This document shows, piece after piece, positions 39,000-49,055 of a stretch of 64,000 bases of DNA. Position 1 is the stretch's first letter, and each line of letters begins with the position of its first letter. The notes under the pieces were generated by a model that saw only the letters and a program-made list of their open reading frames with translations, ran no database searches and had not been told where the DNA came from. The translations under genes and the position numbers were made by a program. Origin of the DNA: an uncultured delta proteobacterium (GTDB taxonomy: Bacteria; Myxococcota_A; Polyangia; Polyangiales; JAFGIB01); NCBI GenBank assembly GCA_963778655.1, contig CAVZVA010000010.1, forward strand, positions 1,280,001 to 1,344,000, in the 5' to 3' direction.

Positions 39000-40153
39000 G
39001 CCGCGACTACGACGTGGTGGTGTTCGGGGCCACCGGGTTTACGGGTGGGCTGACCGCGGCGTACCTGGCTGCGCACGCGCCAGCGGAGCTGCGCTGGGCG
39101 ATCGCGGGGCGCAGCGCGGACAAGCTCGACGCGCTGCGGGCGAAGCTGGCCGCACAGCATCCGGGCGGCCGCGCGCCGGGCACGCTGCTGGCGAGCGTGG
39201 ACGACGCGGCCTCGCTGCAGCACATGGCCGCCAGCACGCGCGTGCTGCTGAGCACGGTGGGGCCGTTCATCGACTACGGCGAGCCGGTGGTGCGCGCGTG
39301 CGTGGAGCAAGGCACCGACTACGTCGACAGCACGGGCGAGACGCAGTTCGTGCAGAAGGTGCTCGCGCGCTACGGCGAGCCGGCGCGCGAGCGCGGTGTG
39401 CGGATCGTGAACAGCTGCGGGTTCGACAGCATCCCGACCGACCTCGGCGCGCTGTACACGGTGCGGCAGCTGCCACGCGGGCGGCCGATCGCGCTCGAGG
39501 GCTATGTGAGCTTGCGCGGGGTGTTCTCGGGCGGCACCGAGCGCTCGGCGATCAAGACGCTGGCGCCTTCGTCTGAGCCGGCGCCGGCGAGCGAGCTCTC
39601 GCTCGTGGGCGGGCGGCGTGTGCGCGTGCTGACGCCGAAGACGCGCTACGCTCGCGAGCAGGGCGGCTGGACCTCGCCGATGCCGACGCTCGACCCACAG
39701 ATCGTGCTGCGCAGCGCCGCGAGCCTGGAAGCGTACGGCCCGGACTTCAGCTACGCGCATCACGTGGTGCACGCGTCGCTGTTTCACATGCTGGCCGCGG
39801 CGTGGGTGTTCGGCTGGCTGGCGCTGCTGGCGCGCTTCGCGCCGACGCGTGCGCTGCTGCTGAAGCTGGTGAAGAAGTCGGGCCAGGGGCCGACGCAGGC
39901 GCAGATGGATCGCGGCTGGTTCAAAGTCAGGTTCGTGGCGCAGTGCGACGGGCAGACGCTGCAGACGGAGGTGGCAGGCGGGGACCCGGGCTACGGCGAG
40001 ACGAGCAAGATGCTTGCTGAGTCGGCGCTGTGCCTGGCGCTCGATGGTGACGCGCTGCCGGCGCGCGCGGGGGTGCTGACCACGGCCGAGGCGATGGGGG
40101 ATGCGTTGATCGCGCGCTTGCAGCGGGCGGGGTTGACGTTTCGGGTGGTGTGA
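38996..40153 (+). CDS. Saccharopine dehydrogenase-like / trans-acting enoyl reductase family
   Basis: YDVVVFGATGFTG, VGPFIDYGEPVV, CGFDSIPTDLG, GGDPGYGETSKML; ATGA overlap. Confidence 0.9.
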   Translation: MSRDYDVVVFGATGFTGGLTAAYLAAHAPAELRWAIAGRSADKLDALRAKLAAQHPGGRAPGTLLASVDDAASLQHMAASTRVLLSTVGPFIDYGEPVVRACVEQGTDYVDSTGETQFVQKVLARYGEPARERGVRIVNSCGFDSIPTDLGALYTVRQLPRGRPIALEGYVSLRGVFSGGTERSAIKTLAPSSEPAPASELSLVGGRRVRVLTPKTRYAREQGGWTSPMPTLDPQIVLRSAASLEAYGPDFSYAHHVVHASLFHMLAAAWVFGWLALLARFAPTRALLLKLVKKSGQGPTQAQMDRGWFKVRFVAQCDGQTLQTEVAGGDPGYGETSKMLAESALCLALDGDALPARAGVLTTAEAMGDALIARLQRAGLTFRVV

Positions 40154-40240
40154 GCGCGGCGCGCGCATGCGCGCGCGATGAGGAGTTGCGCTGAGCAGCT
40201 GTTGGCGCAGGCGGGCACCGCGCTAAGAGCAGAAGCGGAT

Positions 40241-40437
40241 CGTGCTGGGTGGCCTCGCGGGGTCGGGGGCCCGGGGTTCGGGACGGGCGGGTTGCACTTG
40301 CGGCGGTTGACGCAGGCGCTTCGAGCTCATCCTGCGCCGCGCAACCCGCCCTCGAACGCGCGCGCCAAGCGGGCGTTGCCCGCGTGCGCTTGGCACGCGC
40401 GTACGCCCTCACCCCGGGCCCCCGAGCCCGCGAGGCC
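40241..40437. repeat. Structured dispersed non-coding repeat, copy 2
   Basis: Matches copy 1; outer stem GGCCTCGCGGGGTCGGGGGCCCGGGG / CCCCGGGCCCCCGAGCCCGCGAGGCC. Confidence 0.85.
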
Positions 40438-40612
40438 TTGCGTGGGACGCAGTCGGGTGCCGCGCGGGGTGGCGTGCAGCGCGCGCCGCGCGGTGAGGTG
40501 TGGGGAAGATCGTGTTCGGCAGCGTGGCGGGGTGCGCGCGGGTCTCAGCGCCGAGTGCGAGACGAGGCGGCCCCGTTTGACAGCGGTGTGTGGGCGGGCC
40601 AGATCCGCGGGC

Positions 40613-41341
40613 ATGGAAGGCGCGGCACCGGCGGCCCGGATCGCGATCGTCGGCGACTATGACCCGTCGTCTGCCAACCATGGGGCGACGTATGCGGGGT
40701 TGCAGCATGCGGCGTGCGCATTGGGGCTGGCGCCGCGGATCGATTGGATTGCGACCGAGGCGGCTGCGCGGAGCGATGCGGCGCTGGCGGGCGTCGACGG
40801 CGTGTTCGTCACCACTGGCAGCCCGTACAAGAGCCTTGCCGGCGCGTGCCGCGCGATCGAGCTGGCGCGCACGCGGGCGATTCCGCTGTTGGGGACATGC
40901 GGTGGCTTTCAGCACGTGGTGCTGGAGCATGCGCGCAACGTGCTCGGCGCCCCGGACGCGATGCACGCCGAGTACGATCCGGACGCGTCGCGGCTGTTCA
41001 TCTCGCGCCTGGCCTGCTCGCTCGCGGGCAAGACCATGGCCGTGAGGCTGGAGCCGGCGAGCCGGGCGTACGACGCGTACGGCGGCGCGCACGCCGAGGA
41101 GCGCTACTACTGCAGCTTCGGCGTGAGCCCGGAGCACGTGGCCGATCTGGAGCGCGGTGGGCTGCGCATCGGCGGCCGCGATCCGGACGGCGAGCCGCGC
41201 ATCGTCGAGCGCCCCGAGCAGCCGTTCTTCGTGGCCACGCTGTTCGTGCCGCAGGCGCGCTCCATGCCGGAGCGGCCGCATCCGCTGCTCTTGGCATATC
41301 TGCGAGCCGTCGCGGTGCGCGCGCGACGCGCCGCGGGCTGA
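40613..41341 (+). CDS. Stand-alone CTP-synthase-type glutamine amidotransferase domain (PRK06186-like)
   Basis: IAIVGDY, GSPY, LGTCGGFQH, PFFVATLF. Confidence 0.85.
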   Translation: MEGAAPAARIAIVGDYDPSSANHGATYAGLQHAACALGLAPRIDWIATEAAARSDAALAGVDGVFVTTGSPYKSLAGACRAIELARTRAIPLLGTCGGFQHVVLEHARNVLGAPDAMHAEYDPDASRLFISRLACSLAGKTMAVRLEPASRAYDAYGGAHAEERYYCSFGVSPEHVADLERGGLRIGGRDPDGEPRIVERPEQPFFVATLFVPQARSMPERPHPLLLAYLRAVAVRARRAAG

Positions 41342-41460
41342 GGGCGCCCGTCGTCGCGTGGACCGCCGAGCAAGCGCTCGTGTCGCACGGCGTCCGATTG
41401 CGCCTGGCCCGGGTCGGGCCGCACACTGCAACTGGGCCCTGGGAAGGGATGGGGCCGGCG

Positions 41461-42081
41461 ATGGCGTGGTTGGGCGATCGAAGGCTCGGGTTGCCGTTGT
41501 GGCTCGCGCTGTGCGGCTGCGCGGCGGCGCATGCGGGCGGCGGGGGCTCGGCCGCCGCGGCGTCACCCGGCGCGGCGAACGCAAGCGCGGGGTCGGGCGC
41601 CGCAGGCAGCGCCGGCCCGCAGGCCCGCGTCTCGGTCACCGCTGCGGCTCCCGCGTCGCCGGCGCCATCGCCGGTGACCGATGCCGGTCCGGTCGAAAGC
41701 GGGAGCGCGGGCGCCCCGGCGGTCTCGCCGGCGGGCTGCGGCGAGGGTTACGCCTTGCAGCAACTGGTCGGTGGTGCGCCCTGCGAGCAACGTGCGACCA
41801 CCGGCTGCGTCGACAACGGCGGCGGTAACCGGCGGCTGCTCGACCTCATCTCCGGGCTGCTGCTCGACTGCGACCTCACCCTCGCCGAGAATCGCATCGC
41901 GATCACGTTCGAACGCGGCTGCGCAACGGCCCTCGCCATCGAGCAACTGCAGGCGGCGGGGACCGAGCCCGAAGCCGTCGCGTGCGTGGCGCAACGTCTG
42001 GCCGAGCAGCGCTTCGATTGCATATCGCTGATCGCCAGTGGCTGCGAGGAGTACGAGGTCAGCACCCTGGCCACGCAGTAG
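41461..42081 (+). CDS. Hypothetical Cys-containing lipoprotein
   Basis: Lipobox LALCGC; Ala/Gly/Pro linker; Cys-rich C-terminal domain. Confidence 0.65.
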   Translation: MAWLGDRRLGLPLWLALCGCAAAHAGGGGSAAAASPGAANASAGSGAAGSAGPQARVSVTAAAPASPAPSPVTDAGPVESGSAGAPAVSPAGCGEGYALQQLVGGAPCEQRATTGCVDNGGGNRRLLDLISGLLLDCDLTLAENRIAITFERGCATALAIEQLQAAGTEPEAVACVAQRLAEQRFDCISLIASGCEEYEVSTLATQ

Positions 42082-42197
42082 GGCTGTGCTCGACGGTGGG
42101 TCCGCGCATCCCCGGCGGCAAGCCTCGCGCCGGGTGGACGACTCGCGGCGGTTGTCGCGCCATGGCTCGACGGCGGGTGCGGCCGCGTGGTTTCGCG

Positions 42198-43008
42198 ATG
42201 GACATCGACGAGCGGGTACGGAGCAGATACGAGCTCGGCGACGAGGATGCGAGGCTCTGGCAGCCCGGTATCGGTACCCTGGTGCGGTTGCGCACCTGGG
42301 ACATCCTCGGGCGTGCGCTGCCGGGACGCGCTCGCGTGCTCGACGTGGGCGGCGGTCCGGGGACGCACGCGGCGTGGCTCGCGCGCTCGGGACACCGCGT
42401 GCGCTTGATCGATCCACTCCCTGGTCATCTCGAGCGCGCGCGGGCTCGATCACAGGCTCAGCCGGAAGCGCCGTTCGAGGTCGAGCTGGGGCGTGGCCGC
42501 CGATCTTCAGGTCCCGGACGGCTCGGTCGACTGCGTGGTGATGCTCGGCCCGCTGTATCACCTCGTAGACCGCAGCGAGCGCCTGGCGGTGCTGCGTGAG
42601 GCCCGTCGGGCGCTGCGCGCGGGAGGCGTCCTCGCAGCAGAGGTCATCTCGCGCTTCGGATGGCTGCTCGACGCAGCCTCGAAGGGGCGTCTCGGGGATG
42701 CCGGCATGTGGCAGACGATCGAGCACTCGGTCGCGACGGGGCTGAGCCAGACGGACCCCGCGAGCATGCCGCCGGGAGCGTTTTGGGCGTATTTCCATCG
42801 TCCGGCCGAGTTGATCGAGGAGCTGCTCGAGGCGGGCTTCGAGCAACCGGTGCCGTTCGGGGTCGAGGGCTTCGCGTGGCTGCTCGGCGATCTCGAGAAC
42901 CGTCTGGTCGAGCCGGAGCCCTTGTTGCGCGCGCTGCGGCTGTGTGAATCCGAGCCGTCGATGCTGGGCGTCAGCGGTCACATCATCGGCGTTGCACGTC
43001 GCGCGTAG
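42198..43008 (+). pseudogene. Class I SAM methyltransferase split by a +1 frameshift near 42488-42491
   Basis: First frame has VLDVGGGPG; second frame continues VAADLQVPDGSVDCVVMLGPLYHL; junction lies in a GGGG run. Confidence 0.85.
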
Positions 43009-43036
43009 CCCGCGCGCGGTTGGTCCCGGCAAGCGC

Positions 43037-43579
43037 TCAGAACGACGAGCCGGGCTGCTTCAGGAATTCGATCTCTTCCGGCGTCGAGGCGCGGCCCAAT
43101 ACCGCGTTGCGGTGGGGGAAGCGCCCGAAGCGGCGGATGATGTCTCGGTGCCGCTCGGCGTAGCCGAGCTGGTTGGACCCGGCGAGCCCAGTAAAGAGCT
43201 CGATGCAGCGGTCCTGATCGGCGAGCTCTTCGCTGTGCATGAAGGGCATGTACAGGAAGGCGCGCTGGTCTTCGGGCAGCGCGCGGTCGAAACCGCGCTC
43301 GAGCGCGCCGCGGGCCGCTGCTCTGGCGCGCGCATCGCTGGCGAACGCGCGCGGATCATCGCGGAACATGTTGCGCGAGAGCTGATCGAGCACGATCACG
43401 TAGGCGAGCGCGCCGCGCGGGCTGTCGAGCCAGTCTTCGTGGCCGCCCTGCTCGATCGCTGCGTGCAGCGCCTCGAAACGCGCGCGCAGCTCGGCGTCGA
43501 AGGCCGGGTCCTTCTTCCACCAGCGCGCGGGGTCCGCGAACCAGAACGCCAGCAACTCGTCGATGGTTTGATCAGGCAT
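43037..43579 (-). CDS. DUF924 family protein
   Basis: LAFWF, IVLDQLSRNMFR, FLYMPFMHSE, FGRFPHRNAVLGR.ST.EE..FL. Confidence 0.95.
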   Translation of the reverse strand: MPDQTIDELLAFWFADPARWWKKDPAFDAELRARFEALHAAIEQGGHEDWLDSPRGALAYVIVLDQLSRNMFRDDPRAFASDARARAAARGALERGFDRALPEDQRAFLYMPFMHSEELADQDRCIELFTGLAGSNQLGYAERHRDIIRRFGRFPHRNAVLGRASTPEEIEFLKQPGSSF

Positions 43580-43582
43580 CCT

Positions 43583-44425
43583 TCACCTCCCGCGCGCCAG
43601 GACCGCCCAGGCCGCTCCGGGCAGCGCCACGCGCTCGTTCACCAGATAGGGCGCGAGCGCGTCGCGCACCGCAGCGGCGGCGCGCTGGCGGTCTTGCTCG
43701 GAGGCGTTTGCCAGCAGGCGCGCCGCCGGACCGGCGGTGAGCGCGAAGCGCGCCGCTGCGTCGAGCCCCGCGTCGGCGAGCTCGACCGCCTGGTCGACCG
43801 GCGCGATGTCGATCTCCGTGTAGCCTGCGCGCTGCAGCATGCTCTGCAGGAAGTCGCGATCGGCGAACGAAAAAGGGCCGGGGCCGGAGGCGCGGTCCTG
43901 CACGCCGAGAGGCACGTCCGGCAGCGCGGCGTGCACCGCGGCAAATGGAACGTGGGCCCAGGCGTTGTCCGCCTGGGCGCGCCAGCACACGAAGGCGATG
44001 CGCCCGGTGGGGGGCGCGGCCAGCGTCTGGCGCAGGCGTCCGAACGCGGCGGCCGGGTCGGCGAAGAACATCACGCCGAAGCGTGAGAAGATCGCGTCGA
44101 AGCTGCGGCTGAACGCGTGCTCCATCAGGTCGGCGGCGATCAGCTCGGCCGCGCGGTTGCGTTCGCGCGCACGCGCCAGCATCGGCACCGAGATGTCGAT
44201 GCCGGTCACCGAGCCCTGCGGGCCGACCCGCTCGGCCAGCGCGAGCGTGGTGTCGCCGCAGCCGCAGCCGACGTCGAGCACGTGCTCGCCGGGTCGTAGA
44301 TGAAGCCGCGCGATCGCCGCGAGCCCAAACGGGCGCACCATCCTGTCGAGCTCCTCCTGGTGCCGAAGCCAGCGCTGCCCGCCGGCCCCGTTCCAGTAGT
44401 CGAGCTGTTCCTGCGAGCTGCTCAT
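43583..44425 (-). CDS. Class I SAM-dependent methyltransferase
   Basis: YWNG..G.RW, VLDVGCGCG, SRFGVMFFADP, GPFSFAD. Confidence 0.93.
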   Translation of the reverse strand: MSSSQEQLDYWNGAGGQRWLRHQEELDRMVRPFGLAAIARLHLRPGEHVLDVGCGCGDTTLALAERVGPQGSVTGIDISVPMLARARERNRAAELIAADLMEHAFSRSFDAIFSRFGVMFFADPAAAFGRLRQTLAAPPTGRIAFVCWRAQADNAWAHVPFAAVHAALPDVPLGVQDRASGPGPFSFADRDFLQSMLQRAGYTEIDIAPVDQAVELADAGLDAAARFALTAGPAARLLANASEQDRQRAAAAVRDALAPYLVNERVALPGAAWAVLARGR

Positions 44426-44716
44426 GGCCCGATTGGAGCGCGCTGGCGGCCCGGCGTCAAACCAGCGCGAGAGGCGCCCCCGGCCGAAGCGCCTCGCAGG
44501 GGCGGCCTCGGTGCCGCGAACGACCGCTGTATGCCGTCAAGCCATGGAACGCGGCCATACGGAAGCGAGCCCGCCACGCACGAGCGGTCACGATGAGGCC
44601 GTGGTGTCGATGCCACGCCCTTGGTCGCCTGATTCGGCGCTCGCCCACGGGTAGCGCGAATGCTATTGCGCCTGCGACCACGATTGGGCGGGCGGGTGCC
44701 GCGCTGAGCGCGGGAG

Positions 44717-45664
44717 CTACGCGCCCTCTTGCATCAGCTTGCGGTGATCGCGGCAAGCCTGGGCGGGGCGTTCCATGTAGGGTAGGTGGCCGCAGCCCTC
44801 GTAGAGCACGGTGCGGAAGTGCTGCAGATTGCGTTCCAGGATTTCTACCATCGAGATGTCGAGCACACGGTCCTGCTTTCCCCACATCACCAAGGTCGGC
44901 GCCGTGATCTTGTCGAGCAGCGGCTCGAGCATGGCCCAATCGTCCCAGAGCTGGGCGAAGATGGTCTCGTTGGCCTCGATCCGCGTCATGCCCTCGGAGG
45001 CGAAGATGCGTTTGAAGATCTTCGGCAGGGGCATCGCGCGCGCGAACACGTAGTCGAGCAGCACGTCGACGTCGGCGACCGAGCGCACGATCAGCGGGTT
45101 GCGACCGGCCTCGACCTGCTTCTGGTAGTCGGACTTGACCGGCATGTTCACCGCGGCGCTGTCCATCAGCAGCAGGCTCTTGACGTCCTCTGGATAGCGC
45201 GCGGTGTAGATGCCGGCGAGGCCACCGCCCATGGAGTTGCCGGCGATGTGCAGCGGCGCGAGCCCGAGCGCGTCGACGAACGCCTTCACGCGCGGCACCT
45301 GCTCGGCGTAGCCGTAGCGCTCGCCGCGCTTCCACTCGCTGTCGCCGAAGCCCGGCACGTCGAGGATCACCACGTGGTAGTCGCGCAACCCGCGCGCGTA
45401 GCTCACCCAGGTATCCTTGCTGGCGCCGAACCCGTGCAGCAGCAGCACCGTGTCGCCTTGCCCGCGCCGGCCACGCTCGGAATAGCACAGCTCGTGGCCC
45501 GCGACCTGCGTCCGCTTCAGCGCTAATCCCGCGCCGCGCCGCGCCAGCTGCTTGCCCAGGCTCATCAACCCGGCCGGCGCGACGTAGCTCGCGACCACGA
45601 AGGCGATCAAGAGGAACGCGGCCACGGCCGCGACGCCGAAGCCCAGGGTCGACCAGTGCGTCAT
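44717..45664 (-). CDS. Alpha/beta hydrolase (lipase-like) with N-terminal membrane anchor
   Basis: LLHGFG, DVPGFG, GNSMGG nucleophile elbow, WGKQD, GHLP. Confidence 0.92.
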   Translation of the reverse strand: MTHWSTLGFGVAAVAAFLLIAFVVASYVAPAGLMSLGKQLARRGAGLALKRTQVAGHELCYSERGRRGQGDTVLLLHGFGASKDTWVSYARGLRDYHVVILDVPGFGDSEWKRGERYGYAEQVPRVKAFVDALGLAPLHIAGNSMGGGLAGIYTARYPEDVKSLLLMDSAAVNMPVKSDYQKQVEAGRNPLIVRSVADVDVLLDYVFARAMPLPKIFKRIFASEGMTRIEANETIFAQLWDDWAMLEPLLDKITAPTLVMWGKQDRVLDISMVEILERNLQHFRTVLYEGCGHLPYMERPAQACRDHRKLMQEGA

Positions 45665-45850
45665 GAGTGCTCGCTCGCGCCGGCGGCGCGGTATCCGCGA
45701 GGGTGCTTGCCGCTCGCTAGCGCGGCACCCTAGCCGAACCGCCCCTCGGCGCAAGGCAGGGTCGGTTCCGCCCTGGAATTTGGCCGCTAGCGCTCGGACC
45801 GTAGGCGCGCTACGCGCTTTAGGGCGGGGCGATGCGCTGCGAGGCGCATC

Positions 45851-46546
45851 TCACTGCGGGGTCCACAGCGGGGTTGCGCTGAACAGGCCCTGCACGAAGC
45901 CGATCTGGTAGACCAGGGTCGCGCCGAAGGCCACGCTGCCCAGGCCCGTGGCCACACCGAGCACGCGATGGACGCGCTCGAAGCGGCGGGCGGTGGCCGC
46001 GATCGGCAGCGCCAGCGCGGTGGTGATGAGGAACATGCCGGCGATGGTGCCGGTGCCGAACACCAGCAGGTAGCCCACCGCCCACCACGCGTCGCGGATC
46101 GCGCCGAGCACGAGCAACGCCACGGCCGCCGAGCCCGCCAGACCGTGGACGATGCCGACCACCATCGGCCGCAGCGCGCGCGCGCGCGGTGAGAGCGCGC
46201 CGCGGGGGTGCGGGTGTGGATGTGCGTGCGGCGTCTGTCCGCGCGCGCGCTCCCGAACCACAGCGCGCACGCTCAACGCGCCGAGCAGCACCAGCATCAA
46301 CGCCACCGACAGCTCCATGGCGAGCCCCAGGCGCGGCGGGATGACGACGCCGAACACGATGATCGCACCGCCGACCAGCAAGATGGTCAGCGTGTGGCCG
46401 AGCCCCCACAGCACGCCGATCGGCGCGGCCGCGCGCAGCGTGCGCTCGCGGCTGACGATGGTGGAGACGGCGACCACGTGATCGGCGTCGGTCGCATGGC
46501 GCATGCCGAGCAGAAAGCCGAGGCCGAGGATCGCGATCAGGCTCAT
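45851..46546 (-). CDS. HoxN/HupN/NixA-type nickel/cobalt transporter
   Basis: GMRHATDADHVVAV, WGLGH, HAHPHPHP, HGLAGSAA. Confidence 0.9.
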   Translation of the reverse strand: MSLIAILGLGFLLGMRHATDADHVVAVSTIVSRERTLRAAAPIGVLWGLGHTLTILLVGGAIIVFGVVIPPRLGLAMELSVALMLVLLGALSVRAVVRERARGQTPHAHPHPHPRGALSPRARALRPMVVGIVHGLAGSAAVALLVLGAIRDAWWAVGYLLVFGTGTIAGMFLITTALALPIAATARRFERVHRVLGVATGLGSVAFGATLVYQIGFVQGLFSATPLWTPQ

Positions 46547-46667
46547 GGTGGCGCGCCTGCAAGCAGTGGAGCCCGGCCGCGAGGCCGCGCGATGCTACGA
46601 TTGATCATTTTCGTGCCACTATTGCGCGCATCGGCGTGCGGCGCCACCCTCGTGGCGAGCTTTTTCC

Positions 46668-48260
46668 ATGGCCTACCGCGACTACGAAGCTCGAGCACCT
46701 ACTGGCTCGCTCCGGCTTCGCGTCCACGACGTTGGGCCGGCCGCGGCCGCAGACGGACCGCGGTGGCGCGCGCGCAGGGCGTGGCGGGGACTGGCTGCGC
46801 TGTTTGCGCTGGTCGGCTGCGCGGCGCCGCCCGGCACCGCGCCGAAGCCCGTGGACATCGTGCACCTCGCGGTGGCCAAGGCGCTGCCGGGACGCCGCCT
46901 CGCGCTCGCCGACTTTCGCGACCGGCTGGAAGGCGGGTGGGTGCTCGAGATGGCCGGCTACGCGTGGGGTGCCCCGACCGAGTCCAAGTACCAGGGCAGG
47001 ATGATTCCGGACGGCGATGTGCCGGCTTGGCAACCGGCACGCGTCAACGCCGCCTTTGCAGACGACAACTTCTACGCCCAGGGCCCGTACTTGAGCGCGC
47101 TCGCCGAGCAGGGCCCGTTTGCGACCATCCGCACGTTCGGCGAGCGCTTCGCGCGCCTCGATCGGCCGCTGTGGCACGCGAACGGCAGCGCATGGCTCAA
47201 CCTGCACGCCGGCATCCCGGCCCCGGCCTCGGGCCACTACGCGAGCAATCCGCACGCCGACGACATCGACTGGCTGTGCTGCGGCTCCGGCGTGCTCGGG
47301 CTGGTCACGCCCGGGCAGAGCGAGGCTGCGGTGGACCTGGCGTTTCGCGCCGGTCACGTCGTGGGCTACGGCGACGGCGTGTACCCCGGTATGGTTGCTG
47401 CCGTGATGGTCTCGGCGGCGTACTTCGCGCCGAGCGTCGAGCAGATTGTGGCCACCGGGCGGCTGGCCGCCCCCGAGGGCACCAAGACACGCCGCATCCT
47501 CGACGACGTGATCGCCTGGCACGCGCGCGATCCGGAGGACTGGACCCGGACCTGGCAGCACCTGCACGAGAAGTGGGAGAGCGGGCCGCAGAAGGGGCAC
47601 TGCCCCGATGGCTACGTGGCGCCCGCATTCAACATCGACGCCTGGCTCCACCTCGCGTACGACGTCACCGGTCTGCTGTACGGCGGCGGCGACGTCGAGC
47701 AGTCGATGCGGATCGCGATGCGCGCCGGTCAGGACAGCGATTGCACGACACCCACGGTGGGCGAAGTGTTGGGCACCTGGAAGGGGCTGTCCGGGATCGA
47801 GGATCGCTGGACAGCGGGGCTCGACCGCAGCACCCGGCTGGCCGGCACGAGCTACAGCTACGACGACGTGATCGCGCACAGCATCGACGTGGCGCGCGCG
47901 ATTCTGCTCGCTCGCGGCGGGCAGGTGGAAGCGGCCGGCAGCGGGGACGAGACCTGGGTCCTGCCCGCGGACGAGGTCGCGGCTCCGCTTCGGGAGCAGT
48001 GGCCGGCAGTCGCCAACCGCGCGCCCGAGGTGCAGGTCCAGGTGCAAGCGGGCCCCGCGCGCGAAGTGTCGTTTACGGCCTTCGCGCAAGACGGCGACGG
48101 CGTCGCGGCTTACGAGTGGTTCTTCGGCGATCTGTTTCACCAGCAAGGACCCACCGCCACCCACCGCTACCGCGAAGCAGGCCCCTACGAAGCGACGCTG
48201 TTCGTGAGCGACAACACCGGCAACGCGACCGCGCTCAGCGTCCCGGTCACGCTGCCGTGA
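46668..48260 (+). CDS. Exported ADP-ribosylglycohydrolase-family protein with C-terminal PKD domain
   Basis: WGAPTE, DDNFY, HADDIDW, GYGDGVY, GQDSDC; PKD YEWFFGD..ATHRY..GPY; lipobox-like ALVGC; true start uncertain. Confidence 0.78.
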   Translation: MAYRDYEARAPTGSLRLRVHDVGPAAAADGPRWRARRAWRGLAALFALVGCAAPPGTAPKPVDIVHLAVAKALPGRRLALADFRDRLEGGWVLEMAGYAWGAPTESKYQGRMIPDGDVPAWQPARVNAAFADDNFYAQGPYLSALAEQGPFATIRTFGERFARLDRPLWHANGSAWLNLHAGIPAPASGHYASNPHADDIDWLCCGSGVLGLVTPGQSEAAVDLAFRAGHVVGYGDGVYPGMVAAVMVSAAYFAPSVEQIVATGRLAAPEGTKTRRILDDVIAWHARDPEDWTRTWQHLHEKWESGPQKGHCPDGYVAPAFNIDAWLHLAYDVTGLLYGGGDVEQSMRIAMRAGQDSDCTTPTVGEVLGTWKGLSGIEDRWTAGLDRSTRLAGTSYSYDDVIAHSIDVARAILLARGGQVEAAGSGDETWVLPADEVAAPLREQWPAVANRAPEVQVQVQAGPAREVSFTAFAQDGDGVAAYEWFFGDLFHQQGPTATHRYREAGPYEATLFVSDNTGNATALSVPVTLP

Positions 48261-48279
48261 GCGCGGCCGAGCGCCGCCT

Positions 48280-48969
48280 TCAATCCAGGATGAACGTGCC
48301 GTCGCGCACGCAGTAGCTGCCGCGGATTCCGGGCGGGCCGGTCTTGATCGTGGGGACGCACGAGAAGCCGTCGCCGCAGGCGCACAACGGGCCGGGGTCG
48401 CCCTCCGGGGCGTCACAGCGGCAGCTGCAGTAGACGCGCTGCTCCGTGTCGCGCGTCGAAGCGCATGACGCGACGTCGAATGACATGCCACCATCGGACG
48501 ACATACGACTGGGTTGCTGGCAATCGGGTGAGGTGTCACCCATCAGCCTGTAGATCAGGCACGCGCCCGTGGCGCACTGGTCCGAGCCTGCTTCGACGTA
48601 TGCCGTGACGTCGCTGAAGCCGTGTGCGGGCACGAGCAGCGGCGCACACGCGTCGCCGACGGTATCGGCGTGGCTCGCGCTGGTGCTGGGCAGCTTGCAC
48701 TGCGAGGGGTCGGCGGCTTGGAGCGTGCCGTCGCTGGCGGAGCTCTGCGTGTCCGAGCACAGCAGCCTCGCGATCACGCCGTCGGGCGGCACGGCGCCAG
48801 CAGTGAAGCGCGCGGCGGGTCCCGATCCATGGCACCCGAGGTACGAGTCTTCGCGGTACCAGCCGTCGCCGGCCGGCTCCTGCTGGTCGGCAGGCGCATC
48901 GACTTGCGCCACCTCGCACGTGCTCGGGTCGGATCGAAGTCGCTGGCGAGCTCCGCAGGCAGGAGACAC
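48280..48969 (-). CDS. 5'-truncated paralog of the C-terminal Cys-rich region of the 3509-5704 lipoprotein
   Basis: CEVAQ, GWY, VGDACAP..VP..GF, CLIYRLMGD, RVYCSCRC, SYCVRDGTF all align by eye; no signal peptide. Confidence 0.65.
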   Translation of the reverse strand: MSPACGARQRLRSDPSTCEVAQVDAPADQQEPAGDGWYREDSYLGCHGSGPAARFTAGAVPPDGVIARLLCSDTQSSASDGTLQAADPSQCKLPSTSASHADTVGDACAPLLVPAHGFSDVTAYVEAGSDQCATGACLIYRLMGDTSPDCQQPSRMSSDGGMSFDVASCASTRDTEQRVYCSCRCDAPEGDPGPLCACGDGFSCVPTIKTGPPGIRGSYCVRDGTFILD

Positions 48970-49055
48970 TCGTAGCCGTTGTCGCCGCCGGTCCTGCGGG
49001 TGTCAACCTGGCCACGCTCCGCGGCGGCGCGCGCTCTGCTACGCTGGGCCGCGGC

